From assembly GCA_045612145.1 (NCBI GenBank), contig JAZKYN010000113.1, positions 1-44,234 of the forward strand: 44,234 nt of DNA. The letters are read 5' to 3'. A program made the position numbers and the translations under genes. How positions within the stretch are numbered: position 1 is the stretch's first letter; each line of letters begins with the position of its first letter. Shown one piece after another: positions 1-10,360 of the stretch. The notes under the pieces are model-generated. The model made no database searches. It saw nothing but the letters and a program-made list of their open reading frames with translations, and was not told where the DNA came from. Origin of the DNA: Bacilli bacterium. Lineage in GTDB: Bacteria; Bacillota_I; Bacilli_A; ML615J-28; CAG-313.

Positions 1-157
1 TATATAATTATTAATTAAAGTATTATATTATAGTATTATATATAAAGCTTCAGATCTATATATAAGCTTTAAGCTATTATATATAGCTTTAGATCTGAAT
101 GCGCGCACGTAAGCAAATAATTTTTAAAAAGTTTTCAAAAAAAAGGAGAAATCGAAA

Positions 158-466
158 ATGGAACAAAATCAAAAAAAGAACTGACCTGTAATTACATGTC
201 CTCACTGTGGCCACCAATATATTCCTAGTGAGATATTCTATCCAGGTGAACTAATTGGTGAAGCTAAAACAGTTATTAGAGATGCTTTAGGAAAAATCAT
301 TTATCAAGAATATGAATCAGATAATGAACCAGCTCAAGTAGAAAAGTATTTCTGTGACAATTGTGATAAACCATTTATAGTAGAACCAGTAATTACATAT
401 AAAGTAAAGAAAGAAGTTGAAGAGTTAGACTTTACAGAAAAGTTCGTTTCATTATTAGACGACTAA
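158..466 (+). CDS. Zinc-ribbon protein, 102 aa (TGA=Trp at 182)
   Basis: AGGAG RBS and ATG at 158; open to TAA 464-466 if TGA is read through; CPHC...CDNC cysteine pairs. Confidence 0.8.
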
Positions 467-489
467 TTTCAAAATAGGACGATTTCAAA

Positions 490-2202
490 ATGATTAGAAT
501 TACAGAAATTTCACCATGTCGTAAAATGACAGGCAAAAGTTCATTTTTGATCAATTTCGATTTCAATCAGAAGATAGTTGATACACTAAAAACCATTCCT
601 ACTTACTATTATCATAAATCAGATTATAGTTGAGAGATTCCAATTAATTATTTGTCAATGGCATTGGAAGCACTAACATTTATAGATGATGTTTACTTGC
701 ACTTACTGCCAGATGAATCGGATAATCCAAAACAGATCGATTTCAAACTCACTAAAACGGAAATAGATCAATTTCGATTCAAGCCGTTCGATCATCAGAT
801 AGATGGAATTAACTTCGGACTAGATCCTAAACACACTAAGTGATTACTTTGTGATTCAATGGGACTTGGGAAGACCAATGAGATCATCTGGTATGCGGAG
901 ACACTAAAACGTAGAGGATTAATTGATCACTGTTTGATCATCTGTGGAGTTGACTCTCTTAGACAAAACTGAAAGAAAGAAATTCAGAAGTTCTCGACCG
1001 AGTCTGTTTTAGTATTAGGAGAGAAAGTATCTAAGAAAGGTAAAGTCTCATATGCTTCTGTTGACCAACGAGCTAAACAACTGTTGGAACCGATCGAAGA
1101 ATTCTTTGTAGTAGTGAATGTAGCTACACTAAGAAGTGATAAAGTAATAGAAGCTTTCAAGAAGTCAAAAAATAAGTTTGGATTAATTGCCGTAGATGAA
1201 GCACATAAGATCTCTAACAAATCAAGTCAACAAGGAGCTAACTTACTAAAACTAAATTCCCCTTATAAGATAGCTGCGACCGGAACACCGATCGTAAATT
1301 CCCCACTTTCGGCTTACTTACTATTAGCATGAACAGATAATGATAAATCTACACTAACTACTTATAAATCTAACTACTGTGAGTTCGGCGGATTTGGCGG
1401 TAAACAAGTTATTGGATATAAAAATTTAGATGTACTAAAAGAAGAGATGGATTCATGTTCAATCAGAAGAACTCTAGATCAAGTACGTGATGACATGCCA
1501 CTAAAGACTGTACACTATGAAGTTATAGAAATGTCTGATGCACATCGTAAATTCTATGATGCTGTAAAAGAAGGTGTAAAAGAAGAAGCTGACCGCGTAG
1601 AGCTTAAGTCAGGAAACTTACTTGCACTAACTACTAGACTAAGACAAGCTACGGCCTGCCCTGCGATCCTAACAACTCAAGACATTCTATCATCTAAGTT
1701 AGAGAGATGTGTGGAAATAGTGGAAGACTTAGTAAGTCAAGGAGAGAAAGTAGTAATTCTGTCTACATTCAAGGAACCTGTTTACCAATTAGCAAAGCTA
1801 CTAGAAAAATATAGACCTTTAGTGGCAACAGGTGATGTAGATGACCAAATAGCTTTCTCTAGAATGGATCAATTCCAAAACGATCCAATTTCAAAAGTGT
1901 TCATGGGAACTCATGGTAAGTGTGGTACTGGATTCACACTAAATGCTGCATCGTACATGATCTGCATCGATACTCCTTACACCTATTCGAGCTTTAGCCA
2001 ATCTACGGACAGAATCTGAAGAGTTACAAATACTAGACCAGCTTTCATTACAGTATTAACTTGTGGTGACAGTATAGATGAAAGAGTAGCTGCTATTGTT
2101 GAAAACAAAAAAGAATTAGCAGACTTCTTAGTGGATGGAAAAGAAAATAGTATTTCATCTGGATTAAAAGATGAATTAATGAAGATCATAAAGGAACTCT
2201 AG
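490..2202 (+). CDS. SNF2/SMARCAL1-like helicase/annealing ATPase, 570 aa (5 in-frame TGA=Trp)
   Basis: Track fragments 652, 1084 and 1447 share one frame joined by TGA at 631, 841, 970, 1330, 2017; motifs LCDSMGLGKT, SLRQN(W)KKEIQKF, VDEAH, ATGTPIVN, RLRQA, GTGFTL, QSTDRI(W)R; ends at TAG. Confidence 0.93.
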
Positions 2203-2203
2203 T

Positions 2204-2623
2204 ATGAATACTGAATTGAAAAGAATTCATTTATCTGAGTCTTGAGTTCCTCTTGATTCCATGACTTATCGCGGAATTAGTGTGGATTTCTATGAAGACT
2301 GCTTAGGACACCAAGTAGTTACGATGTGGAAAGACAAAGTTATAGAATTTGGAGTATATAATACAGTTTATCAAGACGACATGAAATTAATTATAGATGA
2401 TCACTTGGATACTATTACTAGATTCAAAGATCAGTCGGACTTATATGGATCCAAATTAACTTGATTTCAAAACGGTTCTTTTAGGGATATTAAATTAGTA
2501 TATAAGGGTAGACTACTAAAAGTATACATTAATATAAATGAAAACGATCTGTTTTCAATCGTTCAAGATGCGGAAACAGTATTAAGAAATTATATTTTTA
2601 TAAACACGTCAAAAGACGCTTAA
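2204..2623 (+). CDS. Hypothetical protein, 139 aa (TGA=Trp at 2243 and 2462)
   Basis: ATG 1 nt after the helicase stop; single frame to TAA 2621-2623 with readthrough. Confidence 0.75.
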
Positions 2624-2648
2624 CATTTAAATCAATATATGTTATAAT
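2606..2648 (+). promoter_or_regulatory. ACGTCA-class early promoter (isolated copy)
   Basis: ACGTCA 2606, 8 nt, TTAACA 2620, 17 nt, TATAAT 2643; same geometry as 37 other copies. Confidence 0.8.
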
Positions 2649-2677
2649 TATACTGTAAACAAATGGAGGTTATTAGT

Positions 2678-3097
2678 ATGAAATTTAGATTTAATTTTAA
2701 TTTAGAAGTTTGGGTTGATGGCATTGAAATCGAAGCCAAATCAGAAGAAGAAGCAATTGAACAATTATATAAAATGTCTGTTCAAGAATACTTTGAAGAA
2801 GGTTATGATAGAAACAGTTCAATTTCAGACATCGACTCAGAAGTTATTGAATACAGACAAAAAGTAAAAGCTTATGATATTGAATGGGATATCGAAGAAG
2901 ATGACTATGAAGATAAAGAAGAATATATTAAGTTAATTAATTCTTTACCTGAAGAAGTAGTTGTTGAAATTGAAGTAAATCCAGAATTAGATAATAAATA
3001 TCATTTATCTGAAGAAGACCATATCGCGGACGAAATTTCTTATAAAGTCGGTCGTGATGTAAAAGATTTCAAATATATTGTTTTAGAGGAATTTTAA
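2678..3097 (+). CDS. Acidic hypothetical protein
   Basis: GGAGG RBS favours ATG 2678; ORF track. Confidence 0.75.
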   Translation: MKFRFNFNLEVWVDGIEIEAKSEEEAIEQLYKMSVQEYFEEGYDRNSSISDIDSEVIEYRQKVKAYDIEWDIEEDDYEDKEEYIKLINSLPEEVVVEIEVNPELDNKYHLSEEDHIADEISYKVGRDVKDFKYIVLEEF

Positions 3098-3120
3098 TAA
3101 TTAATTAAGGGGGAAATATT

Positions 3121-3951
3121 ATGAAACCAGTTATTAAATGGGTTGGAGGCAAAGGAAGTGTGCTTCCATTATTCGAAGATTTAATTAAACCATATTTAAA
3201 AGAAAATAATACGTTCTATGAACCGTTCGCTGGAGGGCTTGCGGTTTCTTTAGCGTTACAACATAAAAATACAGTTGTAAATGATTTAAATTCAGAACTC
3301 ATTAATATGTATAAAGTTATTAGAGATAATCCTGAAGAACTAATTTCGGAATTAAAGTGTTTTCAAAATAGTCATAATACTGAGTTCTATTATCATGTTA
3401 GAAATTTAGACAGAACTGATACTTTAAGTAGAATAACTGATGTAGCTAAAGCAGCAAGAACTATTTATTTAAACAAAACTTGTTTCAATGGTTTATATAG
3501 AGTTAATAGTAAAGGCCAATTCAATTCCCCTATTGGTAGAACAGCTTCGGGCAAAACTCCTGACATTGTTCAAGAAGAACTAATTAGAGAAATGAGTCAA
3601 TATTTGAAAACAGTTCAATTTCATAATGGAGATTATAAAAATTGTTTAGTGACTGCTAAAGCAGGGGATGTAGTTTATTTAGACCCACCATATGACCAAG
3701 ATGAATCAATTTCAACTGATGGTTTTGTTGGTTATCAAAAAGAAGGTTGGACTAGAGAAAACTTAAGAGAATTAAAACGACTTTGTGATGAATTGATTTT
3801 CAGAGGTTGTAAAGTTATTATTAGTAATAACGATACTGAATTTGTTAGACAACTTTTCACTGGATATAAATTTAGAGAAATCGAAGTTAAACGTTCTATC
3901 AATAGAGATGGAAATAAAAGAAAAGGAAAAGAATTAGTAATTTATTATTAA
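3121..3951 (+). CDS. dam: DNA adenine methyltransferase, Dam/DpnM (D12) family, probably GATC-specific
   Basis: KWVGGK, YEPFAGG (SAM-binding motif I), NDLN, YLNKTCFNGLYRVN, YLDPPY (catalytic motif IV). Confidence 0.92.
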   Translation: MKPVIKWVGGKGSVLPLFEDLIKPYLKENNTFYEPFAGGLAVSLALQHKNTVVNDLNSELINMYKVIRDNPEELISELKCFQNSHNTEFYYHVRNLDRTDTLSRITDVAKAARTIYLNKTCFNGLYRVNSKGQFNSPIGRTASGKTPDIVQEELIREMSQYLKTVQFHNGDYKNCLVTAKAGDVVYLDPPYDQDESISTDGFVGYQKEGWTRENLRELKRLCDELIFRGCKVIISNNDTEFVRQLFTGYKFREIEVKRSINRDGNKRKGKELVIYY

Positions 3952-3957
3952 TTAATT

Positions 3958-3965
3958 GCTAAATT
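3958..3965 (+). promoter_or_regulatory. GCTAAATT motif, candidate phage late promoter
   Basis: The same motif precedes the genes at 17295, 18665, 22287 and 40265 (copies at 17204, 18609, 22272, 40219); no sigma-A promoter at this position. Confidence 0.55.
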
Positions 3966-4004
3966 ATTTGATGTTGATAAAACAAACAAAGGAGAGTTTT
4001 ATAT

Positions 4005-7000
4005 ATGAACGAAACTGCTATTGTATATATTGTTCACTCAGACTTAGATGAAAATAATATTTTCGCAATGTTTGAAGATGAAGTAGAAGCAATTATGTAT
4101 GCTAGAAGACATAAAGAAGATTTAACTTATGTCGACAGAACTGAAATGACTTTAGATGAATCAGGTGACTATGACGAAGTTCTTAGTGCTGAAACTATTT
4201 GGGTTTATGATGAAGATGTTGATCCAGAAGACATTGAAGACACACCTGAATTATCTGATGAAGAATTATTTAATATTGATTTCGATGAACTTGAAAAATC
4301 ATTAAATGATGAAGATGATACTACTTGGTTTGAAGATCTTGATACAGATAAATTAGTAGAAACATTAGAAGAAAATGAAGACATCGTTGAATGTAAAGAA
4401 TGTTTTGAATTATTCCCAAAAGAAGCTTGTACTAAAATCGCGATTGGATATATTTGTCCAGAATGTGGCAAGATTCACAGTCATGAAGAGTCAGAATTCG
4501 AAATTGATTCAATTCCAGATGTGTTAATTGCTGATGAAGATACTTTTAAGATTGATTTTCCAGAATTAGAAAGAACTGATTATGGAAATGACATGATTCC
4601 AGATGAACCAACACCAGAAGTTGAAAACGATCCAATTTCAGAACCAGAATGTGTAGGTCCTGAATGTGAAGCACCAGTCGAAGCTCCTGTTACTAAAGAT
4701 GAAACTATTACTAAATTAGTAGTTGATGAACATGAAGCTATCGATGGTTATGAGAAAGCTAAAATCGAAATTGAAGCAAATTCAGAATTAGATGAAAAAG
4801 AAAAAGAAGAAATTCTTGATACTATTGAACATATTAAAGAAGAAGAAATCGAACACATCGAAGAACTTGAAGAGTTGGTTGATGAAGTAGAAGAAACTAA
4901 AGAAGCTGATGAACCTGCTGAAGAGTCTGAACCAGAAAAGCATGAAGTTTTAACTGAAGCTCCTAAATATCCACCACTAGCGGGTGAACAAACTAAGTTA
5001 GATATTTTATTTAGTAACAAAGAAAGTAAGTCTAAAGAAGAAGGAAAACCTCTTTATGGTAAGGGTTATAAATTATGTATTTATGACTATACACAGAACA
5101 ATAATGGTAGTTTTGGAATTAAAGATATTGATACTGAATGAGATAGCTATAATCTTAGTAACATCGAAAATGAATATCCTGAAATTGGAGCAGCTAAAAA
5201 AGATGCAGAAAAACTTTCGAAACAGTTAAAAGATGAAACTATTGGCATTTATATTATTGAATATAAAGGAACAAATCATCCGTATCTTTATTTATTTGAA
5301 GATGGAAAACAAACTAAAACATATGCTAAAGACAAGATAGAACATTTCGAGAAAGAATTTGATAAACATACTACATCTACTAAACAAAAAGAAGGTGAAC
5401 AACAAGAAAATTCTACAAAAGCTTCTACAACAACTTGGACTTTTGTTAATCCAGAAGTAGAAATTAAAGTTGGTACTAAAGGTGGAGAAGCTTCAGTTGC
5501 TATCAAAAAAGGTACAAACCTAGCAGAAAAAAAAGACTTGGAGGGTGTAATTTTTGCTTTTAAAGCAGTATCAGATTTAAAATCAACAGACTCAAAAGTT
5601 GTTAAAGTTAGTGACATTATTAAGACAAAAAACGAAATGGGTAATGTTAACCTTAGCGTAGATAAGAACTATTCTAACTTGACTACTGAAAGTAAAGAAA
5701 AACTTGCTGATGGGGTTACTCTTTATATTACTGTTAAAGAAGGTGGTAGTACTTTTACTAAAGCAAAGTGTACAGTTAAAGTAGTTGAAGCAACAGGCCA
5801 AACTGTTAAAACTAAGAAAGAAGAAGACCCTCCTGTTGGAGTCACTAAAGGACCAACACCTGAACAACTTAAAAGTGCTTACAGACTATTAATAGCTCTT
5901 TTAGGAACAAGTGCTAAAGCAGCAGAATACATTACTGTAGAAGGTAGAGGTAAAAATATTACATATTCTTTAGCTCAAGATATGAATTTTAAGGATGTTA
6001 CAGAGGTGATCAAAAACCTTCAAAAAGATAAATTAGGTGAATCTTTAACAGAACACATTAACGAAGAACATCCAGCTATTGAATCAGATCAAGTTTTAGT
6101 GGGAACTGATAATGCAGTAGTTGACTGCAAAATAAATAAAGTAATTTCTCACAGCGAAGATGAAAAACCAGTTGATTGTAAAGGTGAAAAGAAACCGCTT
6201 AAAAAACCATTAACTGAAGCTTTAAGTGAAGATCAACTTCGAGTAATGGAAGAATACTTAAAAGCCGCTAAATTCAATTCATTAGAAACTGAATGGACAG
6301 ACGAAGGTAATTTTTATATTGATGAATGTAATGCTTACTTAGATTATAATACTAAAACTAATAAATTTGAATTAGGACTTTCTATTTATCATGCTAGTGA
6401 AGATAACAACGCTGAGTATCCAGAAGACAACACTGATGAAGAAGAATTTACTTATGACTCTTTAGCAGAAATGTATGAAGATGAAGAATGTAAAGAAATC
6501 TTAGATATGTTGTATGAAGAAAACGAGCATGACTTTACTGAAAGTTTAACTGAAGAGACTCACGCTAAATATGCTAAACCAGAAGGTAATAGAGTACAAG
6601 CTTATAACAATGCATTAAAATATGCTAAGAAAGAAAACAAACCATTCATTTATGGTTATTCCCAAATGGGTGATGGTAAATTCTTCGCGCTAGAACAACC
6701 AATTAAAGTTTCTAGTACACCAGCAGAAGCTGAAAAAGAATTTAAGAACAGACACAAAAGATGTTCTGTAGTTTATATGGTATATCCAGATAAAGACTTT
6801 GTTACTGAAGGATTATTCACTAAACAAGAACAAGAAGAATATAACATGGATGAAGATGGAAATTCTTTAGACAGTTATGATACATATATTAGATGTGGAT
6901 TCTGTGATGAAATCTACACTAAATCAGAATGTAAGTATGAACGTAACTTAGGTTGGTTATGTCCAAGCTGTGAAGCTGCTATTTATTCTCGTGGTGAAAA

Positions 7001-7040
7001 ACTTACATTTGTTGACCCAGATGAATTTTTAGAAAATTAA
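4005..7040 (+). CDS. Large acidic multi-module protein, 1011 aa, putative internal head protein (one TGA=Trp at 5139)
   Basis: Track ORFs 4005 and 5538 are in frame with only TGA 5139 between them; CxxC zinc ribbons; ferritin-like EHEAI..YE/EEIEH segment; recurrent LTE/LVE sites. Confidence 0.8.
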
Positions 7041-7053
7041 TATTGTATATTAT

Positions 7054-7175
7054 ATTGAGCTTGACAAAAGCTTAATGCGCCTCAGGTTAATCTGAATGCA
7101 AACTCATTTTAATAGAACACTAGCTGAGCTGATAGGACAGACTTGGCTAGTGTATAAAAACTAATAGGATAGGAG
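7054..7175 (+). promoter_or_regulatory. Structured 5' leader of the 7186 gene
   Basis: Hairpins ATTGAGCTT/AAGCTTAAT and ACACTAGCTGAG/CTTGGCTAGTGT; two small hairpins with the identical loop ATAGGA (7129-7140, 7161-7172). Confidence 0.5.
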
Positions 7176-7185
7176 AACATTTAAA

Positions 7186-7653
7186 ATGAAATTTTACTCA
7201 GAAAAACTTAAAAAATTATTTGATACAGAAAAAGATTTAGTCGCAGCTGAAAAAGTTGTAGACGAAGAAAACGAAAAGAAAAAATTAGCTTCAGAACAAA
7301 AGAAAGAAGAAGCTAGTAAAGTAGAAGATGCTTTCAAAGCACGTAATGCAGCAAGACGTGAATACAACACTAAATTAGTTGAAGCACGTAAAATTTATAA
7401 CGATGCGATCATTGCTGCTAAGAGAACATTTAATGAAACTTTAACTTCAGCAACTGAAGCTAAGGATAAAGCTGAAGAAGCTTATAATGTCGCACTAAAA
7501 GAATTCACAGCAAAATACGAATCTTATCACATGACTTTAAAAGACGGTGACAATGTTGTTACTATTTCTAATGCAAGTGATAAGAATTTCGAAACAATGG
7601 GAAAAGAATTCAATAGTTTTTTAGACTCATTATTAAATATTTGGAAACTTTAA
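7186..7653 (+). CDS. Coiled-coil hypothetical protein
   Basis: AGGAG RBS; A/E/K-rich helical sequence. Confidence 0.8.
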   Translation: MKFYSEKLKKLFDTEKDLVAAEKVVDEENEKKKLASEQKKEEASKVEDAFKARNAARREYNTKLVEARKIYNDAIIAAKRTFNETLTSATEAKDKAEEAYNVALKEFTAKYESYHMTLKDGDNVVTISNASDKNFETMGKEFNSFLDSLLNIWKL

Positions 7654-7715
7654 TTTAATTTAAAAAAACTGAGGCAAATTGATTAAAATATCCAAACCAA
7701 TATCGTATAATATTA

Positions 7716-7819
7716 TAGAGGATGTAAAAACCTCTAATTCATAGTAGATAACTTCGGTTATCGTTTCCTCCTTTCAGCAGTGGTAATCTAATTCCTCCTA
7801 GACTATCACTGTTTTTTTT
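7716..7819 (+). ncRNA. Putative ~100-nt small RNA with two anti-Shine-Dalgarno motifs
   Basis: TATAAT at 7706; hairpins TAGAGG/CCTCTA and GATAAC-TTCG-GTTATC; TTCCTCCTTTC single-stranded; terminator stem with ATTCCTCC loop then a T-run; no ORF. Confidence 0.7.
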
Positions 7820-7898
7820 ATTTTCCAAAACACGTCGTTTTCATATTTACATTTTTTGATAAATAAGTTATAATTATAATGTAAGGAGACGTGATAGT

Positions 7899-8090
7899 AT
7901 GGCAAAGAAAGTTTATACAGTTCAACCAAAGAAAGATAAAAGTGTAATTAAGTTTACTTTAAAAACTGAATTACATAAACTTCCAAATAAATTACATTTG
8001 GATGCACAAATTAATTATCCTGCTAGAGTTCATGAAGATAAAAGATACAAGAAACCAAAGCATAAGGGTAAAATTTACAATGACGACTAA
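7899..8090 (+). CDS. Small basic protein with an ArfA/BrfA-like C-terminus
   Basis: 63 aa, Lys-rich, ends RVHEDKRYKKPKHKGK; own promoter and AGGAG RBS; family assignment is by eye only. Confidence 0.6.
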   Translation: MAKKVYTVQPKKDKSVIKFTLKTELHKLPNKLHLDAQINYPARVHEDKRYKKPKHKGKIYNDD

Positions 8091-8159
8091 ACACGTCAGT
8101 TTTCATTGTACTTTTTATCTTATTTAATTTATAATATAATTAATCAAGGGGGAATCTTT

Positions 8160-8549
8160 ATGAGAACATCGGAATTTAAGGGAATTAAAACTATTTTAAA
8201 TAAATATATTAGTCAATCTACCTCAATAGCAGAATTATGTGTAGTAAATGATGAGATTACTTTTGATCATCTTACTATTGGACAAGTTAAAGACTTAACA
8301 GAGAAAGCTAGAGATTTACAAAGTAAAACTGATACATTTTTAAAAGACGAACTTTATCATATTATAGGTATGGGTAATTTATCTGCGTCACAAACTGCAA
8401 CTTTAAATAAACTAGTAAAAGATATTACAGTGCATCGTTCTGTAGTTAAAGCTGTAGCCGGACTTCCAACATTACCAACTAAAATTAGTTCAGTTTCAAA
8501 ATATAAATCGAAAACATTTGGATTTGCTTTACATTCAACTAATGTTTAA
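8160..8549 (+). CDS. Hypothetical protein
   Basis: Promoter plus AGGGGG RBS favour ATG 8160. Confidence 0.75.
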   Translation: MRTSEFKGIKTILNKYISQSTSIAELCVVNDEITFDHLTIGQVKDLTEKARDLQSKTDTFLKDELYHIIGMGNLSASQTATLNKLVKDITVHRSVVKAVAGLPTLPTKISSVSKYKSKTFGFALHSTNV

Positions 8550-8624
8550 AACACGTCAATTTCAACTTTACAGTTTAAGCTATTTATGTTATAATAATAT
8601 TGTAAGTTAACGGAGGAAATAATT

Positions 8625-9011
8625 ATGACAGACAAACAAATTCAAGCAGTTAAAGACAGATTAAATGAAAAGTATTATGGAAACGAACCACATTTTCCAG
8701 ATAACTTAAAGCAACCTATTACTAAAGAAGATAAAACTTTATATAAAGAATTATCTTGTAGAGAAATGATTAATAGTAGTTTAATCTATGGAGATGATCC
8801 TTTTAGAAAAATTGATAAATGGTGGTATGGACATGGTTATTGTGAAAGATCTTATATGTCGGACTACGAAGATGAATTAGGTGAAGAAAGAGTTAGACAA
8901 TTATATGAAGAACAAAAATATGATATTAGCCAAGCAAGAATTCATCATAACGTTCATACAGATAGTGAAGGTTTAAGTTATAATAGTATTACTTGGGCAG
9001 ATGAAAGATAA
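8625..9011 (+). CDS. Hypothetical early protein
   Basis: Promoter, GGAGG RBS, ORF. Confidence 0.8.
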   Translation: MTDKQIQAVKDRLNEKYYGNEPHFPDNLKQPITKEDKTLYKELSCREMINSSLIYGDDPFRKIDKWWYGHGYCERSYMSDYEDELGEERVRQLYEEQKYDISQARIHHNVHTDSEGLSYNSITWADER

Positions 9012-9023
9012 GGGGAAATTTTT

Positions 9024-9371
9024 ATGAAAAATTATTTAGTTTTATGTAATTTTGCAAGTTATGCAGAAGATGATTATGAATTATTTACTAATCAATGGAC
9101 AGTAGGATCATTTGATACTTTAGAAGAATGTTATGAAGCATGTAGACAAGATGCTTTACAAGTTGCTAGAGATGCTTATGAAAATATGTATGACGAAGAC
9201 GAACAAGAAGAACTACAAAATAAGTTAGATGACTTTATGGAAGAATTAGTTAAAGTTCATAGAGAAGAAGTTGACTTAGTATATTTTGAAAGAATCTTAA
9301 TTAGTTATTTAGAATATACTGATTCTAACGGTCCACAACATTTAGATTATTCAATTATGAAATTAAAGTAA
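9024..9371 (+). CDS. Acidic hypothetical early protein
   Basis: AGGGG RBS, ORF. Confidence 0.8.
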   Translation: MKNYLVLCNFASYAEDDYELFTNQWTVGSFDTLEECYEACRQDALQVARDAYENMYDEDEQEELQNKLDDFMEELVKVHREEVDLVYFERILISYLEYTDSNGPQHLDYSIMKLK

Positions 9372-9451
9372 AGCACGTCAAAAGTAGCTTTACTTTTTTC
9401 TTTATTAATGTTATAATATATATGTAAATAAGTTAAGGAGGAAAAGAACTT

Positions 9452-9727
9452 ATGAAAACATTAATTAAAGGCAAAGTTAAACAAATCATCGTTAATGAAT
9501 ATTGGGATTCACATGGAAACTCAATTAGTTGGGGCAAGCAAACACATAAGTTTGATACCGAAAAAGAATTTAAAATTGTTTCAAAGAAAGAAGAAATTTT
9601 TGGTGTTGAGTTTGACGTCTGGAATATCTTCGTTGATGGTAAACAATTTGACGAAGAGTTTGAACTTACAGGTTATGCACTAAAGGATACAAAATTAATT
9701 CTTAACGGTTGTGTAGGTGCCGGTTAA
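9452..9727 (+). CDS. Hypothetical early protein
   Basis: Promoter, AGGAGG RBS, ORF. Confidence 0.8.
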   Translation: MKTLIKGKVKQIIVNEYWDSHGNSISWGKQTHKFDTEKEFKIVSKKEEIFGVEFDVWNIFVDGKQFDEEFELTGYALKDTKLILNGCVGAG

Positions 9728-9761
9728 AAACATAATATAATATAAGGAGGAAACAATTATT

Positions 9762-10286
9762 ATGAAAACTATTTTAAGAAAAGTACCAGATGAAGATATG
9801 TATTACAGATTTGAAGACGAAGTAGAGATTGATACAGAAAGAATTATTATTTATGGTAATCATCACTTCAGAGAATTCGGCGATTCAATTCTATTATCAA
9901 TTGTTAGTGGAGACTACTACGATGATGATACAGGATATGAATATGATGTATTAGAACAACTTCAAAAGTATACAGGAAAGAAGTGGAATCAAACTACTAT
10001 TAAAGGTTATAGTCAAGGTGATTGGCAAGATGTTTATTATGTAGAAGGTGAAGTATGTAAAGAATACATTGAAGAAATTGAAACTTTCTATATGGGTAAA
10101 ATTACTGAATTCCGTGCGACTGAAGATGAAGATCCAGATTCTTGCTATGTAGTATACGTACCAGATTATGTAGTATGGGAAGGTAAAGAAGCAATTTGTA
10201 GCTATCTTGATCTTCAACCTGAAACTACTACAATTCTAAAAGACGACGGATTTGAAAGAGTTTATAAGTACGTAGAAATTGAATAA
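9762..10286 (+). CDS. Acidic hypothetical early protein
   Basis: AGGAGG RBS; GYSQGDW motif. Confidence 0.8.
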   Translation: MKTILRKVPDEDMYYRFEDEVEIDTERIIIYGNHHFREFGDSILLSIVSGDYYDDDTGYEYDVLEQLQKYTGKKWNQTTIKGYSQGDWQDVYYVEGEVCKEYIEEIETFYMGKITEFRATEDEDPDSCYVVYVPDYVVWEGKEAICSYLDLQPETTTILKDDGFERVYKYVEIE

Positions 10287-10360
10287 ACACGTCAGCCTTA
10301 ATTTTACAACTTTCATATATTATGTTATAATAATTATAGAATAAACGGAGGAAATTAATT

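Noticed and set aside
490-2202. Helicase, nrdG and other genes as pseudogenes with premature stops
   Set aside because: All interruptions are TGA, stay in frame and fall at conserved Trp positions; there are no frameshifts or TAA/TAG breaks, so recoding explains them
984-5867. Minus-strand ORFs in the track (984, 1983, 4205, 4748, 5288, 5592; also 9951, 11472, 17340, 18610, 33285, 33698, 37230, 42592, 43901)
   Set aside because: Antisense shadows of well-supported + strand genes with Ser/Phe-rich low-information translations
7079-7675. GCCTCAG / CTGAGGC inverted pair flanking the 7186 gene
   Set aside because: Only 7 bp with no target duplication or transposase; may be chance
9495-9683. Overlapping 62-aa ORF
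   Set aside because: Alternative frame within 9452..9727, with no RBS
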